A stretch of 64,000 bases of DNA from Anaerolineales bacterium (GCA_035562755.1 DATMWA010000057.1:3535-67534); one strand, 5' to 3'; positions 36,363 to 46,144 are shown, counted from the stretch's first letter. The notes: generated by a model not told the origin, from the letters alone. Made by a program: numbers and translations.

Positions 36363-37958
36363 TCAATCGGGGTTTGTTACGTCGCAATCAAAGCGTTGAC
36401 CGTTAAGCTCAACATAGCGGAGGTAATTTTCATCGGTAAGACGCTGATAATTATCAATTTGAGAAGTTACCTGGTCCAAGGCACTTTCCCCTTGCAGACG
36501 GGAGAACGAAAAACCTTGCCAGAAAAGACTTTGATCTGGCTGATCGTTGAGGTTTTCCGTCATGCAGGCAATGGCCGCGCCGATTTGGTCGTGTTGGGTC
36601 TGGCTCAATTCGGTTGATTGATATTTTTGAGTCAGAACAGGAAGCGCGTCGTAAGAAAGGGTGGAAAGATAGGCAATATCCAGCTTGTTGGAACTTATAG
36701 ACCGGTTGATATTCCATTCAGCGATGCGGACGTCAACACCCATAAAATTGATGGTTGCCCCAATTCCGAGGGCGGTGAGGTAAAGCGCCAGAGGAAAATA
36801 ACGTGAAAGCCGGCGAACTTCAAAAATTGCCAAGGCCAGGAGGAGCAAGACGAGCCAGACCAGGAAGACGTGGGAATAGGTTCTCAGACGGGAAAAACCA
36901 TAAGCCGATTCGTAAAGGTTCAGTCGTTGGTAGGCAGAAGCCAAAATTACTAATAGTTGGATGAAGATGAGCACCGACAGAACAATCTGGACCCGGGATT
37001 GAGATTGATTCTCGCGCCTTACGATGGAATGAATGACCTGAAGGATGACCAGGGAGACAATCGCCACCGCGATCAACTCGCCAAAACCGCGGCGGGCGTA
37101 TTCCGCGTAGGTATAGCCATCGAGGTGGATATTGGTCTCACCGCCGAACAGATATTGAAATTGAATAACTACAAAAAAGAGGAAGAGCAAATTAACAAGG
37201 AGGAGGACGACGTTGGCTTCAATTTGCCCTAAAAAGCGGGCAATTCCTTGTTTTTCCAACCCAAATAGTTGCCCGTCATTCGAGCGTTCGACCGCGAAGA
37301 AATATGTGATCGCGATGAAAATGGTCAATCCCAATACGAGCATGGAACGCAGGATAAACTCGATCAGATTTTCCCAATTGAAGAAGGCGTAGAAATTTTT
37401 TAAGTTCTCCTCAAAGACCGCGTCAGCGGAAGCCAGCAGCCCTCCAAGCAGGATGATAATTGGCAAGGCGAGTAATAAACCGCGCAATATCGCGATCCAA
37501 GTGCTCTTTCCAGTGGATTCTCTGGGCGAGGGGTTTCCACTATTGGAGCCAGTGAGCAGGCCAAATGGTTTGGTAAAGAGGTAAAGAACGTAGTGGAGGA
37601 GTTTTTCAAGGAGGTCAGAAATTGAATATTCCGCCCAACGACCTCCCCTGAAAGTAAGTACCAAAGCGACCAATGAGACCCAGGTGATAAAAACGTTAAA
37701 CACCAGCGTGATTGGGTCCGAGCGAAAGACGGAAGCGATTGGGAAGAGAAGGATCGGTATGAGCAGCCAGAGACTTTTAGAATTTGGGCGAACCTGATTC
37801 AGGGCCGCGAATCCTAGACCAACCGCGACCAGGAAAGCGATGAAAATGGGGAAATTAATCCCCCAAGGCTTGTCATAGAAAAGAAAGTCGAATGACCAGG
37901 CTGCCAGAAAAGGCAGGATGGCTAAACCATATTTTTGTGACGTTGATAATGTATTCAT
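36363..37958 (-). CDS. Polytopic membrane protein (DUF4153/DUF4173-like)
   Basis: 531 aa with about 12 hydrophobic helices and a soluble C-terminal region of about 130 aa. The family assignment is from memory of the N-terminal pattern LAAWSFDFLFYDKPWGINF. Confidence 0.55.
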   Translation of the reverse strand: MNTLSTSQKYGLAILPFLAAWSFDFLFYDKPWGINFPIFIAFLVAVGLGFAALNQVRPNSKSLWLLIPILLFPIASVFRSDPITLVFNVFITWVSLVALVLTFRGGRWAEYSISDLLEKLLHYVLYLFTKPFGLLTGSNSGNPSPRESTGKSTWIAILRGLLLALPIIILLGGLLASADAVFEENLKNFYAFFNWENLIEFILRSMLVLGLTIFIAITYFFAVERSNDGQLFGLEKQGIARFLGQIEANVVLLLVNLLFLFFVVIQFQYLFGGETNIHLDGYTYAEYARRGFGELIAVAIVSLVILQVIHSIVRRENQSQSRVQIVLSVLIFIQLLVILASAYQRLNLYESAYGFSRLRTYSHVFLVWLVLLLLALAIFEVRRLSRYFPLALYLTALGIGATINFMGVDVRIAEWNINRSISSNKLDIAYLSTLSYDALPVLTQKYQSTELSQTQHDQIGAAIACMTENLNDQPDQSLFWQGFSFSRLQGESALDQVTSQIDNYQRLTDENYLRYVELNGQRFDCDVTNPD

Positions 37959-38344
37959 AGAATTCTCCTGGGGCGATTAAACGCCTCGCAACCTATCAAA
38001 AGCTATCCGTTTTAGCGCTGGGCGGAAATTTACCAAGACAGTATGGTCGAATTCATTAATATCCGTAAGCCCAAACCGGCAGGGATCAAGGAATAAAATC
38101 GGCTTAATTGAAGTTTCTTTGTATATCAAGAATAACAGTCCAAACCGCTGTTTAGAGTGAAGAGAACAGGATTGGCTAAACAGAAGGCTTGGGTTGATGT
38201 TTTTTGAGTAATTTTCCTGAGAAGGATAGCTCGCTTCTGCGCGCCTGCCATCTCATTGGAAAAAACATGGAAAGTGAACGTGTCAACGAGGACCAACCCG
38301 TAGCAAGTTTTGCTTGCGGTGAACTTATTCCATTAAAGTTGGAA

Positions 38345-38375
38345 CAAAAAAACCACTCAAAAAGTGGTTTTTTTG
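38345..38375 (-). terminator. Weak A/T-flanked hairpin terminator after tRNA-Leu
   Basis: AAAAAAACCAC-TCAAAAA-GTGGTTTTTTT lies immediately 3' of the tRNA on the minus strand. Confidence 0.5.
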
Positions 38376-38459
38376 TGGGGCGAGAGGGGGTCGAACCCTC
38401 ACGATGTCTCCATCGACGGATTTTAAGTCCGTTGCGTCTGCCTATTCCGCCATCGCCCC
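38376..38459 (-). tRNA. tRNA-Leu (anticodon UAA)
   Basis: The minus strand reads GGGGCGAUGGCGGAAUAGGCAGACGCAACGGACUUAAAAUCCGUCGAUGGAGACAUCGUGAGGGUUCGACCCCCUCUCGCCCCA. It has a 7-bp acceptor stem, anticodon loop CUUAAAA, a long variable arm and a GGGUUCGA T-arm. CCA is not encoded. Confidence 0.95.
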
Positions 38460-38508
38460 AGTGGAGCTTTATTTTACCTTCCGCCCGCTTGTTCCGTCAA
38501 GGAAAAAG

Positions 38509-39924
38509 TCAGTCAGCTTTAGGCCTGTCATCGTCCCTCTTTTGTAAAAGTCGGGGGCTTTGCCGCAAAAGGTGCATCCCTGCACTCACCAGGCTGAAGG
38601 CGACAGCAAGCACGAGGAAGATTCCGGTGAGGATACGCCAATCGAGCGGTTCTGATCCAGTTTGAATGGTGGACGCGGCACCTTGCCCGCCTCGAAAACC
38701 GCCTTGACCTTGACTTCCCTGACCCTGAAGTTCGTTTTCGGATCCCTGAGCTGTTGAATCATTGCCGAGTTCTTGTTGGTGAGCTGTAGATTCGGCGCTG
38801 CCTTGCGGCAAGGCGGCGGTGGAGCTCGTTTGCGCCCAGCGGGGTCCGCCTCGACCGCGAACCGGGCTGGCAACTTCCGGAGCAGTTGGTTCCCATTGGC
38901 GGATAAAACCGACAATCGCCTCAATGTCCGACTCCACCATCCTGGTTCCCCAGGCTGGCATGGCGGTTCCAGGGACGCCATTGGTGATGATCAATTCCAT
39001 GGCCTGGTCGTTGGTATTGTTAAGAAAAGATTGAACATTCAAGGACGGGGCTCGTTGGGTACCCTGACCTTCAGGACCATGGCACATGGAACAATTGGCG
39101 GTAAAGAGCTGCGATCCAAGCGCGATCGATTCCGCGGTGGTTTGGATGGGCACATCTGGGGCGGGAACGGTTCCAAGCGGAATTTCCTCCCAACGAGTGA
39201 CCAATTCGATCATCGCGCTGACCTGATCGGCAGGTAAGATGTTTTGCCAACCCGCCATTAAAGTGCCGGGTACACCAAGCTGGATAATCCGTTCAATCTC
39301 TTCGGTCGTTTTGGAGCGTGTTTCTACTGAGTTGATGGCGGGCGCGATTGAGGTGCCCAAACCATCCGCGCCATGACAGCTGACACATTGGGCGGAATAG
39401 GTTGTAAGCGCCTGAGCGAGAACCTCTCCATTCGGAAGGGCTGCCACCTGGGCGATCAGTTCAGGGTCCGGCTCAGTAGTAAAGGGAATCAAAGGCGCCA
39501 AGCCCATATTGACGACCATATCGCTGGTAGCCTGCCAATCCGCGTATTGGATGAACGTGACCAATTCATCCACCTGGTATTCGGTAAGTGGCCCGCCTTC
39601 GGTATCTTCCCAGGCTGGCATGGCGGTATTATATCTGCCCCGCGAGATCGTTTTATACAAATCGGACGGATCCATGCCGCGCAAACCCTCTGAATTAAGG
39701 GGCGGATTGGTGCCAATGCCCTCGCCGGCGATTCCATGGCAGAGGGCACAATTTTCAGCGTAAATTGCCATCGCGTCGGAAATCTGGCCGTCGATTACTT
39801 GTTGACTGGCTGTTTCGATGCGGGTTGGTTCAGCCATGAGGACGAATCCAAGCACAGCAACAATGATGGCGGTGAAGAAGGTTCCAAGAACCACTTCGTA
39901 ATTATTTTTTACTCCGTTTATCAT
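38509..39924 (-). CDS. Membrane-anchored tri-haem c-type cytochrome of the Rieske/cyt b complex
   Basis: Three CxxCH motifs (CALCHG, CVSCHG, CSMCHG), each with a downstream Met motif (TAMPAW, TLMAGW, TAMPAW). N-terminal and C-terminal TM helices, with a G/Q-rich low-complexity segment before the C-terminal anchor. Confidence 0.85.
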   Translation of the reverse strand: MINGVKNNYEVVLGTFFTAIIVAVLGFVLMAEPTRIETASQQVIDGQISDAMAIYAENCALCHGIAGEGIGTNPPLNSEGLRGMDPSDLYKTISRGRYNTAMPAWEDTEGGPLTEYQVDELVTFIQYADWQATSDMVVNMGLAPLIPFTTEPDPELIAQVAALPNGEVLAQALTTYSAQCVSCHGADGLGTSIAPAINSVETRSKTTEEIERIIQLGVPGTLMAGWQNILPADQVSAMIELVTRWEEIPLGTVPAPDVPIQTTAESIALGSQLFTANCSMCHGPEGQGTQRAPSLNVQSFLNNTNDQAMELIITNGVPGTAMPAWGTRMVESDIEAIVGFIRQWEPTAPEVASPVRGRGGPRWAQTSSTAALPQGSAESTAHQQELGNDSTAQGSENELQGQGSQGQGGFRGGQGAASTIQTGSEPLDWRILTGIFLVLAVAFSLVSAGMHLLRQSPRLLQKRDDDRPKAD

Positions 39925-40409
39925 GGGTACACCACCTCTACCAAATCGCTATAACTACGCTGGATTGGTTTGGATGTGTCAACCATGACCTGCCCCTCTA
40001 CGATTTCGAGGGCAAAGGTATCCAACGGGCGGGGAGCGGGCGGGTTAAGCACATCACCGCTCAAGTCAAATTCTGAACTGTGACAAGGGCAGATAAATTT
40101 GTTTTGATTCGCGTCCCATGGGACTGTGCAGCCAAGATGAGTGCACCGATGATAAATGGCGAGCATACCGCCATCTTCCATGCGGGCGATGTAAAATCTG
40201 CCGTTGGTAAGGTGGGTAACCGAATTATTGGGAAAATTTTCGATTGGTCCGGCGTTGATGATGCCTCCAAATTGGCCTTCCGCAAGCCGGGGCTGAAGGT
40301 AGGCTAAGGTAAGCGCTCCCGATTCCAAAGCTGCCAGCCCCGCCAGCATTGCCCATGTTATTTTCAAAAAATCTCTTCGGCCAGTTTGGCGGCCGCTATT
40401 TTCAGTCAT
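39921..40409 (-). CDS. Rieske [2Fe-2S] subunit with Tat signal
   Basis: RRDFLK signal and cluster boxes CTHLGCTV and CPCHSSEF. Overlaps the cytochrome c gene by 4 nt. Confidence 0.9.
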   Translation of the reverse strand: MTENSGRQTGRRDFLKITWAMLAGLAALESGALTLAYLQPRLAEGQFGGIINAGPIENFPNNSVTHLTNGRFYIARMEDGGMLAIYHRCTHLGCTVPWDANQNKFICPCHSSEFDLSGDVLNPPAPRPLDTFALEIVEGQVMVDTSKPIQRSYSDLVEVVYP

Positions 40410-40424
40410 TTGAACCTCCGTACA

Positions 40425-41846
40425 TTAATGCGCCGCGGGCATTGCCCACGGTAAATACATACTCATTCCGGGACCACGGAAAAAGATTCCAATGATGGTG
40501 AGAATGAGGAAAGCGGTGAAAAGAAACACGAAGATGAATACAACTCGTTCCTCGGTATCGGCTTTGAAGGCGGACTTTACCCATTGGTCGAGCAGAATAA
40601 GGGGTAAGACGATGGCAGCCAGCGGTACGAGGCCGTTTGTGATGAGGGTATCCCAGGCGGGCAGCCAGGCGCTCCAATCGATGAGGAATTCGTCAACCAA
40701 AACCCAGGCGGGGGTCAGAATGAACGCCAAACCGGCGGCTAAAAAGCTTAATCCTCGGCCGCGGGTGGACCTGAAATATACACCGATGTTGCGGGAATCG
40801 ACATCATAGAAAGGTAAGAGCAGTACGCCTGTAAAAACCACGCCGGGGATGATTAATGCCGCTACGACCGGGTGAAAATGTAACAACATTTCCTGCAATC
40901 CCATGAAATACCAGGGTGCTTTGGCGGGATTTGGCGAAACATTGGGGTCGGCGATCCCTTCCAAAGGGGCAGGGACCAGGGCGGCGAAGATGATAATGGC
41001 AGCGACCCAACCCAGGGCGAAAATCATTTCTTTTTGAACCAGGTGAGGAATAGTGGTAACTTTTTCGGAATCGGCGGGAATATTTTGGTCAACCTCCTCA
41101 ACCGTCCGCGGAATGGTCAGACCGCCGTCTTTGCGAATTCTCCAGAAGTGATACATCATCAGCCCAAAAATAAAGAGGGGGATGATGGCGATGTGCAAGG
41201 AGTAAAAATTAAGCAAAGTTCCAGCGCCGACTTCCGGGCCGGCCAGAACCAAACGTGTGAGACTTTCACCAATAAAAGGAATGTAGCTGATGATACTGGT
41301 TCCGACCGTAATCGCCCAGAAGGCAAGCTGGTCCCAGGGGAGCAGGTAACCGGTAAAGTTGGACCCGAGGATGAGAACGAGCATCGAAACGCCGATGATC
41401 CAGTTAGTTTCGCGAGGTGGCCGATAAGAGCCTGTGGCGAATACCCGAATTAGATGAAGAACCGCGACGATGATCAGCAGGTTCGCGCTCCAATGGTGCA
41501 GGTTTCGAATCAACTCACCGAACCAGACATTACTGCGGATCTCCAGAATATCGAGATAAGCTTGCGGAGCGGCAGGAGTGTAATTGTTGAGCAAAATCAC
41601 CCCGGTCGCACCTAGGAGTGCCATCAAAATAGCGGAAAGTCCGCCCAAGCCCCAGGTATAGGTCCATTGTAAGGATCGTGCGTTGACTTTGGATGGGTGC
41701 AGGTGAAGGACCAAGTTATTGACAACAAGCTTCATCCTTCCCCGATCGTCCTCAGGCATTCCCTGTGGTTTGTATTTTTCTACCAACCGGGATACAACCG
41801 TATTTGAGGTTGTTCCGGATTTATTTTCATTCTCTTCTGGCTCCAT
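40425..41846 (-). CDS. Cytochrome b subunit (fused b6 + subunit IV type) of the Rieske/cyt b complex
   Basis: 473 aa. Haem-ligand His pairs lie in NLHHWSANLLIIVAVLHLIRVF and YSLHIAIIPLFIFGLMMYHFWRIRK, and there is a PEWY-region equivalent (KAPWYFMGLQE). Confidence 0.9.
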   Translation of the reverse strand: MEPEENENKSGTTSNTVVSRLVEKYKPQGMPEDDRGRMKLVVNNLVLHLHPSKVNARSLQWTYTWGLGGLSAILMALLGATGVILLNNYTPAAPQAYLDILEIRSNVWFGELIRNLHHWSANLLIIVAVLHLIRVFATGSYRPPRETNWIIGVSMLVLILGSNFTGYLLPWDQLAFWAITVGTSIISYIPFIGESLTRLVLAGPEVGAGTLLNFYSLHIAIIPLFIFGLMMYHFWRIRKDGGLTIPRTVEEVDQNIPADSEKVTTIPHLVQKEMIFALGWVAAIIIFAALVPAPLEGIADPNVSPNPAKAPWYFMGLQEMLLHFHPVVAALIIPGVVFTGVLLLPFYDVDSRNIGVYFRSTRGRGLSFLAAGLAFILTPAWVLVDEFLIDWSAWLPAWDTLITNGLVPLAAIVLPLILLDQWVKSAFKADTEERVVFIFVFLFTAFLILTIIGIFFRGPGMSMYLPWAMPAAH

Positions 41847-42063
41847 GTGCCCTCCATTGCGGATTGATTACGCAGCATAGTATAGAAATCATTTTAATAA
41901 AAGTTTGGAAGAAAGTGTAAAGAAATTGCAAAGATTGCTTAATTGCCAGTATTTTAGGTTTCTTTCAAGGTTCTTCATAATAATTTCACAAAATCTTTAC
42001 AATTAATCGGTACTATTCTTTCAAAACCCGCAAAGCGGGAATACGAAAGGAAATAAAAAAATC

Positions 42064-43194
42064 ATGTTGAAGAACATTTTTATTGGAGTTTTAGCGGCTG
42101 CTCTGGTGGTGGCAGGGGGTAGCGCGTTTTACAATGTTGTGGTTGTTGATGCCGCTGGCGGCAGCCCCTTTGGTAACTGGTTTGAACAAGACACCGAAAC
42201 TACAAAATTGAATGCTTTGGGGGCGATTCCGACCTCTGAATTAACTGAACAGGAAGCGGCTGATCTGATTTTTTTGGCGGAGACCTATCGTATGGTTTCT
42301 GATGTAGAAGAATACGCGGTGAACAAGTGGGATATGAATGAATTCCGACAAATGGTCGTTACAAGGTCAGAATTGGATGGTCAATTCGCGATATTAAAGG
42401 AAAGATACCCATTCGAATCTGGAAGCAAGGGTATTTATTCAGATGTGGCAATCCAGAGTGCCTATGAGTTATCGATGATGTTAATAGAATTGGACAAGGC
42501 TTCCGCCTACCAGGGTTTGGCTTACGCAGCTGAATTCCAAATAAACGCCTTGACTGAGAGAATTGGGAGAGCGGACAATACCGATACCCAATATGTGTAT
42601 CAAAATTTAATGACCCGGGCCGGAAATCATCTGCGCAATATGGCTGGCGCATTCCAGACGGAATCCGGACTTGAGTACCAGGTCCAACTCATATCTGCCG
42701 ATATGTTGATGGGCATCCTCTCCGGGAGTATGGGAAATCAGGGCCAGGTTTTTGCCAATCCAAATTCAGACCCACAGGCAGCTGCCCAGGCCGATTTCAT
42801 CCCCGGCCAAGCTGGGACATTTGCCGGTCAAAATGGTAAAGGAAATCAGGGAACCACTGGACAGGGCGTCGCTGGTCAGGCCGGGGTGATGAGCACTGAA
42901 TTAATAACCTACCATGGTGAAGTTGTTGCCTATGAATACGGTACCCTCACCCTGCTGACCGATGATGGCATTACGGTTGGTGTAGCGACTGGCAATCAGA
43001 ATTACTCGCTTTCGATCGGTTTTGTTCCAACGGTTGGGGAAACTGTTACGGTTACTGGTTACCAGAATCCGGAAGGGTTGATTTCCGCCGCGACGATTAC
43101 CTTGGATTCAAGCGGAGTGGTCTTTACTTTTCGCGGCGAAGCTGGCCGACCGGGTTGGGCAGGTGGTAATGGTAAGGGAGGCGGGCAGCATTGA
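42064..43194 (+). CDS. Hypothetical secreted/anchored protein: possibly DUF2202 (ferritin-like) N-domain, Q/G-rich linker, small beta domain, G-rich tail
   Basis: Signal anchor FIGVLAAALVVAGGSAF, a helical region with LTEQEAADLIFLAETYRMVSDVEEYAVNKW, then ...GQNGKGNQGTTGQGVAGQAG... and the tail GRPGWAGGNGKGGGQH. Confidence 0.5.
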   Translation: MLKNIFIGVLAAALVVAGGSAFYNVVVVDAAGGSPFGNWFEQDTETTKLNALGAIPTSELTEQEAADLIFLAETYRMVSDVEEYAVNKWDMNEFRQMVVTRSELDGQFAILKERYPFESGSKGIYSDVAIQSAYELSMMLIELDKASAYQGLAYAAEFQINALTERIGRADNTDTQYVYQNLMTRAGNHLRNMAGAFQTESGLEYQVQLISADMLMGILSGSMGNQGQVFANPNSDPQAAAQADFIPGQAGTFAGQNGKGNQGTTGQGVAGQAGVMSTELITYHGEVVAYEYGTLTLLTDDGITVGVATGNQNYSLSIGFVPTVGETVTVTGYQNPEGLISAATITLDSSGVVFTFRGEAGRPGWAGGNGKGGGQH

Positions 43195-43249
43195 TCTAAA
43201 AGCTGGACGGATTAACTGATCGGATAGGTTTGAGCTACCCAAATAGTGG

Positions 43250-43280
43250 ACCCTGTCGTTGAAAAACGACAGGGTTTTTT
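43250..43280 (+). terminator. Intrinsic terminator
   Basis: CCCTGTCGTT-GAAA-AACGACAGGG followed by TTTTTTT. Confidence 0.85.
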
Positions 43281-43380
43281 TGTTAAAAAATCTGGATCAG
43301 GATCGTAAGATTCCTTATTTGATTGAAGAAGCATGTATGTCATAATATTCATTATTTATTTTATTCAGGAGCAGATTAAT

Positions 43381-44118
43381 ATGGATTTTGGAAAATACTT
43401 CTCGGTTGATTACGATGGCCCACCGTTCGAATTGTTCGGTTCGGGCCATATCGCGACCTTGATTACATTGTTAATCTTGATCGTTTATGTTGTCATGATC
43501 CGAAACGCCTCCCAGAAGGTAAAGGATTTTACCCGGTACGCGATCGTATTTTTCATGTGGGGCGCGGAGATTAGCTGGCATCTTTGGAATGTTTTTAACC
43601 ACACCTGGACCGTGCAAACCATGCTCCCGTTGCACATGTGCAGCCTGATGATTTGGGTCGCTGGCTTTATGATGTTAACCGACGATCGGCGTTTATTTCC
43701 GTTCGTGTATTTTTTGGGGGTTGGTGGAGCGATTCAAGCAGTCCTTACACCGGAATCAGGGGCATACGGTTTTCCACATTTCCGTTATTTACAAACAGTG
43801 ACCGCGCATAGTTTCCTGATCCTGACCGGGGTGTTTATGACGGTTGTTGAAAGACTGAGACCGACTTGGAAGGATATTCTAAAAGTTTTGATCTATGCCA
43901 ATGTTTACATGGTGATCGTCTTTTTAATCAATCTCATGCTCGGAAGCAATTATTTATTCATCAACCAAAAACCAGCCACAGCCTCGGTAATCGACCTCCT
44001 TCCGGCGTGGCCATTGTACATACCATTTTTGGAATTGATTGGGTTGGCGTCCTTCTTGATTCTTTATTTTCCGTTTTTGGTGGGGGATGGCTTTAAAAAG
44101 GTTTTCCAGAAAAATTAA
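43381..44118 (+). CDS. TIGR02206 (YwaF-like) family integral membrane protein
   Basis: Taken from ATG 43381 after CAGGAG. Reads FELFGSGHIATLITLLIL... with about 7 TM helices. Family assigned from memory of this N-terminal pattern. Confidence 0.6.
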   Translation: MDFGKYFSVDYDGPPFELFGSGHIATLITLLILIVYVVMIRNASQKVKDFTRYAIVFFMWGAEISWHLWNVFNHTWTVQTMLPLHMCSLMIWVAGFMMLTDDRRLFPFVYFLGVGGAIQAVLTPESGAYGFPHFRYLQTVTAHSFLILTGVFMTVVERLRPTWKDILKVLIYANVYMVIVFLINLMLGSNYLFINQKPATASVIDLLPAWPLYIPFLELIGLASFLILYFPFLVGDGFKKVFQKN

Positions 44119-44123
44119 AGATT

Positions 44124-44147
44124 CAGCCCCCGATTATTCGGGGGCTG
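44124..44147. terminator. Hairpin between convergent genes (probable bidirectional terminator)
   Basis: CAGCCCCCG-ATTATT-CGGGGGCTG. The flanking U-tracts are weak. Confidence 0.5.
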
Positions 44148-44160
44148 ATGAAATTAAATT

Positions 44161-45033
44161 TCAGGTACCGCTTCTAAATACGAGGATCGAACTCGGCGCG
44201 GATTGAACCAAACTGCGAGAAATGCTGCCGAGTAGCCAACCGCTCAGGTTGCCATGTCCTCGACTGCCGATTACCAGCAGGTCATATTCGCCTTTCTTGA
44301 GAAGGGCGAGAATTTCTTCAACAACATCTCCCAAGACGACGACATGATCAATCTCAGCGAAGGAAGTTAAAGTCGCGCTAATCTTGTTCACCATTTCCCT
44401 TCCGGTGGCAAGATTTTCATTATTGATCCGCTCTTCTTCGGCGGGGGAAATCGCGGCAAGAGCCATCCCGGCCGGTTCAATTGGGTAAGTGACCTGAACC
44501 GGCTGAACAACGTGGGTCACCGTTAAGCAGCAAGGCTCATTAAGTGGAAAAGTGTTCAGAAAATCAGCGGTGTGTTGACTGAATTCCGAACCATCTACCG
44601 CGAGCAGCACCTTGCGAAGCTGTTGAAATTGTTTTTTGACGATGAGGACCGGCCATTTTCCAGCGTGGGTCACCTCTGTCGCTACATTACCCAACAATCC
44701 GCCTAACTTACCGGTTGCCTTGCTGCCAAGGACCACCAGATCCGGTTGGAGAGTTTCCGCACGGTGAATGATTTCCTTGACTGGATCACCGAGTTTAGCT
44801 TCAGCGGAGAAATGGAAATGCCGGCTCTTGAGGAAATTGCGGGTTACACTCATTTCCTCTTCGATCCGGGAGTATTCCGATCCTTCTGTTGGAGTGAAGA
44901 CTCGGATCGCGGTCACTGTACAATCATCTCCCCGAGGAAGGTCAGCAAGGAATTTGATGGCGGAAACCATATTCTCGGTACCGTCATCCGCTAATAAAAT
45001 GTGCTTGAGGGGGTTGGTTTTATTTGACATCAC
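44161..45033 (-). CDS. Universal stress protein, tandem UspA domains
   Basis: Two Usp repeats, each ending in a G-x2-G-x9-G-S-like motif (VVLGSKATGKLGGLLGNV; LVIGSRGHGNLSGWLLGSISRSLV). Confidence 0.85.
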   Translation of the reverse strand: MMSNKTNPLKHILLADDGTENMVSAIKFLADLPRGDDCTVTAIRVFTPTEGSEYSRIEEEMSVTRNFLKSRHFHFSAEAKLGDPVKEIIHRAETLQPDLVVLGSKATGKLGGLLGNVATEVTHAGKWPVLIVKKQFQQLRKVLLAVDGSEFSQHTADFLNTFPLNEPCCLTVTHVVQPVQVTYPIEPAGMALAAISPAEEERINNENLATGREMVNKISATLTSFAEIDHVVVLGDVVEEILALLKKGEYDLLVIGSRGHGNLSGWLLGSISRSLVQSAPSSILVFRSGT

Positions 45034-45185
45034 ATCCTCCGATCTGGACGTTGTGTGTACTGAATTCTTATATTAACAATAGCACAGTTTTTGTTTTTTT
45101 AGCATTGGAAGGTAAAACTTGTCGCTGGTTTTTCCGTTGGTATAATCTAAGAGTTGGAACATCGAAAGCTTTTGGAGAAGATTTT

Positions 45186-45842
45186 ATGGAAATCGTATGG
45201 TATGGTCATTCTTGTTTCCGAATAATGGAACGTGGAATGTCTTCGATCGTGATGGACCCTTACAATAATGAAACGGTTGGGTTTGAACCGTTAAAGTTAA
45301 AGGCGGATATTGTTACAATCAGCCATGACGCGCCGGGTCATAATTTTGTGAGTGCGGTCAAAGGTACCTCCCATGTGATCGCGAACCCAGGCGAGTATGA
45401 AATCGGCGGGGTATTTATCACCGGTGTGCTGACAGAACATGGGAACGGGAAGATTGAAAAAAATTTGCTTTTTCACTTCGATTTTGACGGGATTAAAGTC
45501 GCGCATTTTGGTGATTTGAAACAATTGCCAACCCAGGCAGAAATTGAAGCCTTGGGAGATGTGAATGTGGCCTTGGTTCCGGTTGGCGGCGGAAAGAGCC
45601 TGAATGCCTCAAAAGCGGCTGAATTGATCTCAATGATTGAACCAAATATCGTTATCCCAATGCATTACCAATTGCCGGGTTTAAAACTGGAACTGGATCC
45701 ATTGACCCGATTTTTAAAAGAGATGGGCATTTCAGATGTTCAACCAGAAACCTCCTTGAAGATCACGAAATCGAGCATAGGTGAGGAGACCAAGGTAATT
45801 GTGTTGGAGATGACAACCAAAGGAAACGGCAAAGAAGAATAA
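45186..45842 (+). CDS. MBL-fold metal-dependent hydrolase (UPF0173-like)
   Basis: Taken from ATG 45186 after GGAGAAG. Reads MEIVWYGHSCFRI...ISHDAPGHN...HFGDL. The upstream 54 codons of ORF 45024.. overlap the usp gene start and look non-coding. Confidence 0.8.
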   Translation: MEIVWYGHSCFRIMERGMSSIVMDPYNNETVGFEPLKLKADIVTISHDAPGHNFVSAVKGTSHVIANPGEYEIGGVFITGVLTEHGNGKIEKNLLFHFDFDGIKVAHFGDLKQLPTQAEIEALGDVNVALVPVGGGKSLNASKAAELISMIEPNIVIPMHYQLPGLKLELDPLTRFLKEMGISDVQPETSLKITKSSIGEETKVIVLEMTTKGNGKEE

Positions 45843-46144
45843 TGGCGATCAAGATCCTGATGACCTGGGATATCGCTCCAGAAAAAGAAGGTGAATATTA
45901 CGAGTTTGTTATTCGTGAATTGATCCCCGGCATCCAACGCCTCGGATTAAAACCTTCCGAAGCCTGGGCAACAATCTATGGAGAATACCCACAAATTCAG
46001 GTCGCCTTGTTGGCGCCAGATCTGGAAGAAGCCCGTAAGGTTCTTTCTACCGAAGATTGGGCAAAGATAAAATACCAGCTATTTGATTACATTGAGAACT
46101 TCGATCAAAAACTGGTTGAGGCGAAAAAGGGTTTTCAGTTCTAA
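45842..46144 (+). CDS. Hypothetical 100-aa protein
   Basis: The start overlaps the MBL stop (TAATG). No family recognised; the alpha/beta pattern is suggestive of a ferredoxin-like fold. Confidence 0.55.
   Translation: MAIKILMTWDIAPEKEGEYYEFVIRELIPGIQRLGLKPSEAWATIYGEYPQIQVALLAPDLEEARKVLSTEDWAKIKYQLFDYIENFDQKLVEAKKGFQF

Noticed and set aside
38300-38520. tRNA-Leu as a possible integration hotspot or genomic island border
   Set aside because: There is no integrase, no direct repeat of the tRNA 3' end, and the flanking genes are core respiratory and membrane genes.
38204-38665. 153-aa + ORF
   Set aside because: It runs straight through tRNA-Leu, its terminator and the 3' end of the cytochrome c gene, and has no coding features.
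41921-41946. Three ATTGC words spaced 8 to 9 nt apart in the divergent promoter region upstream of the cyt b gene
   Set aside because: The words are too short and AT-rich to distinguish from chance without comparative data.
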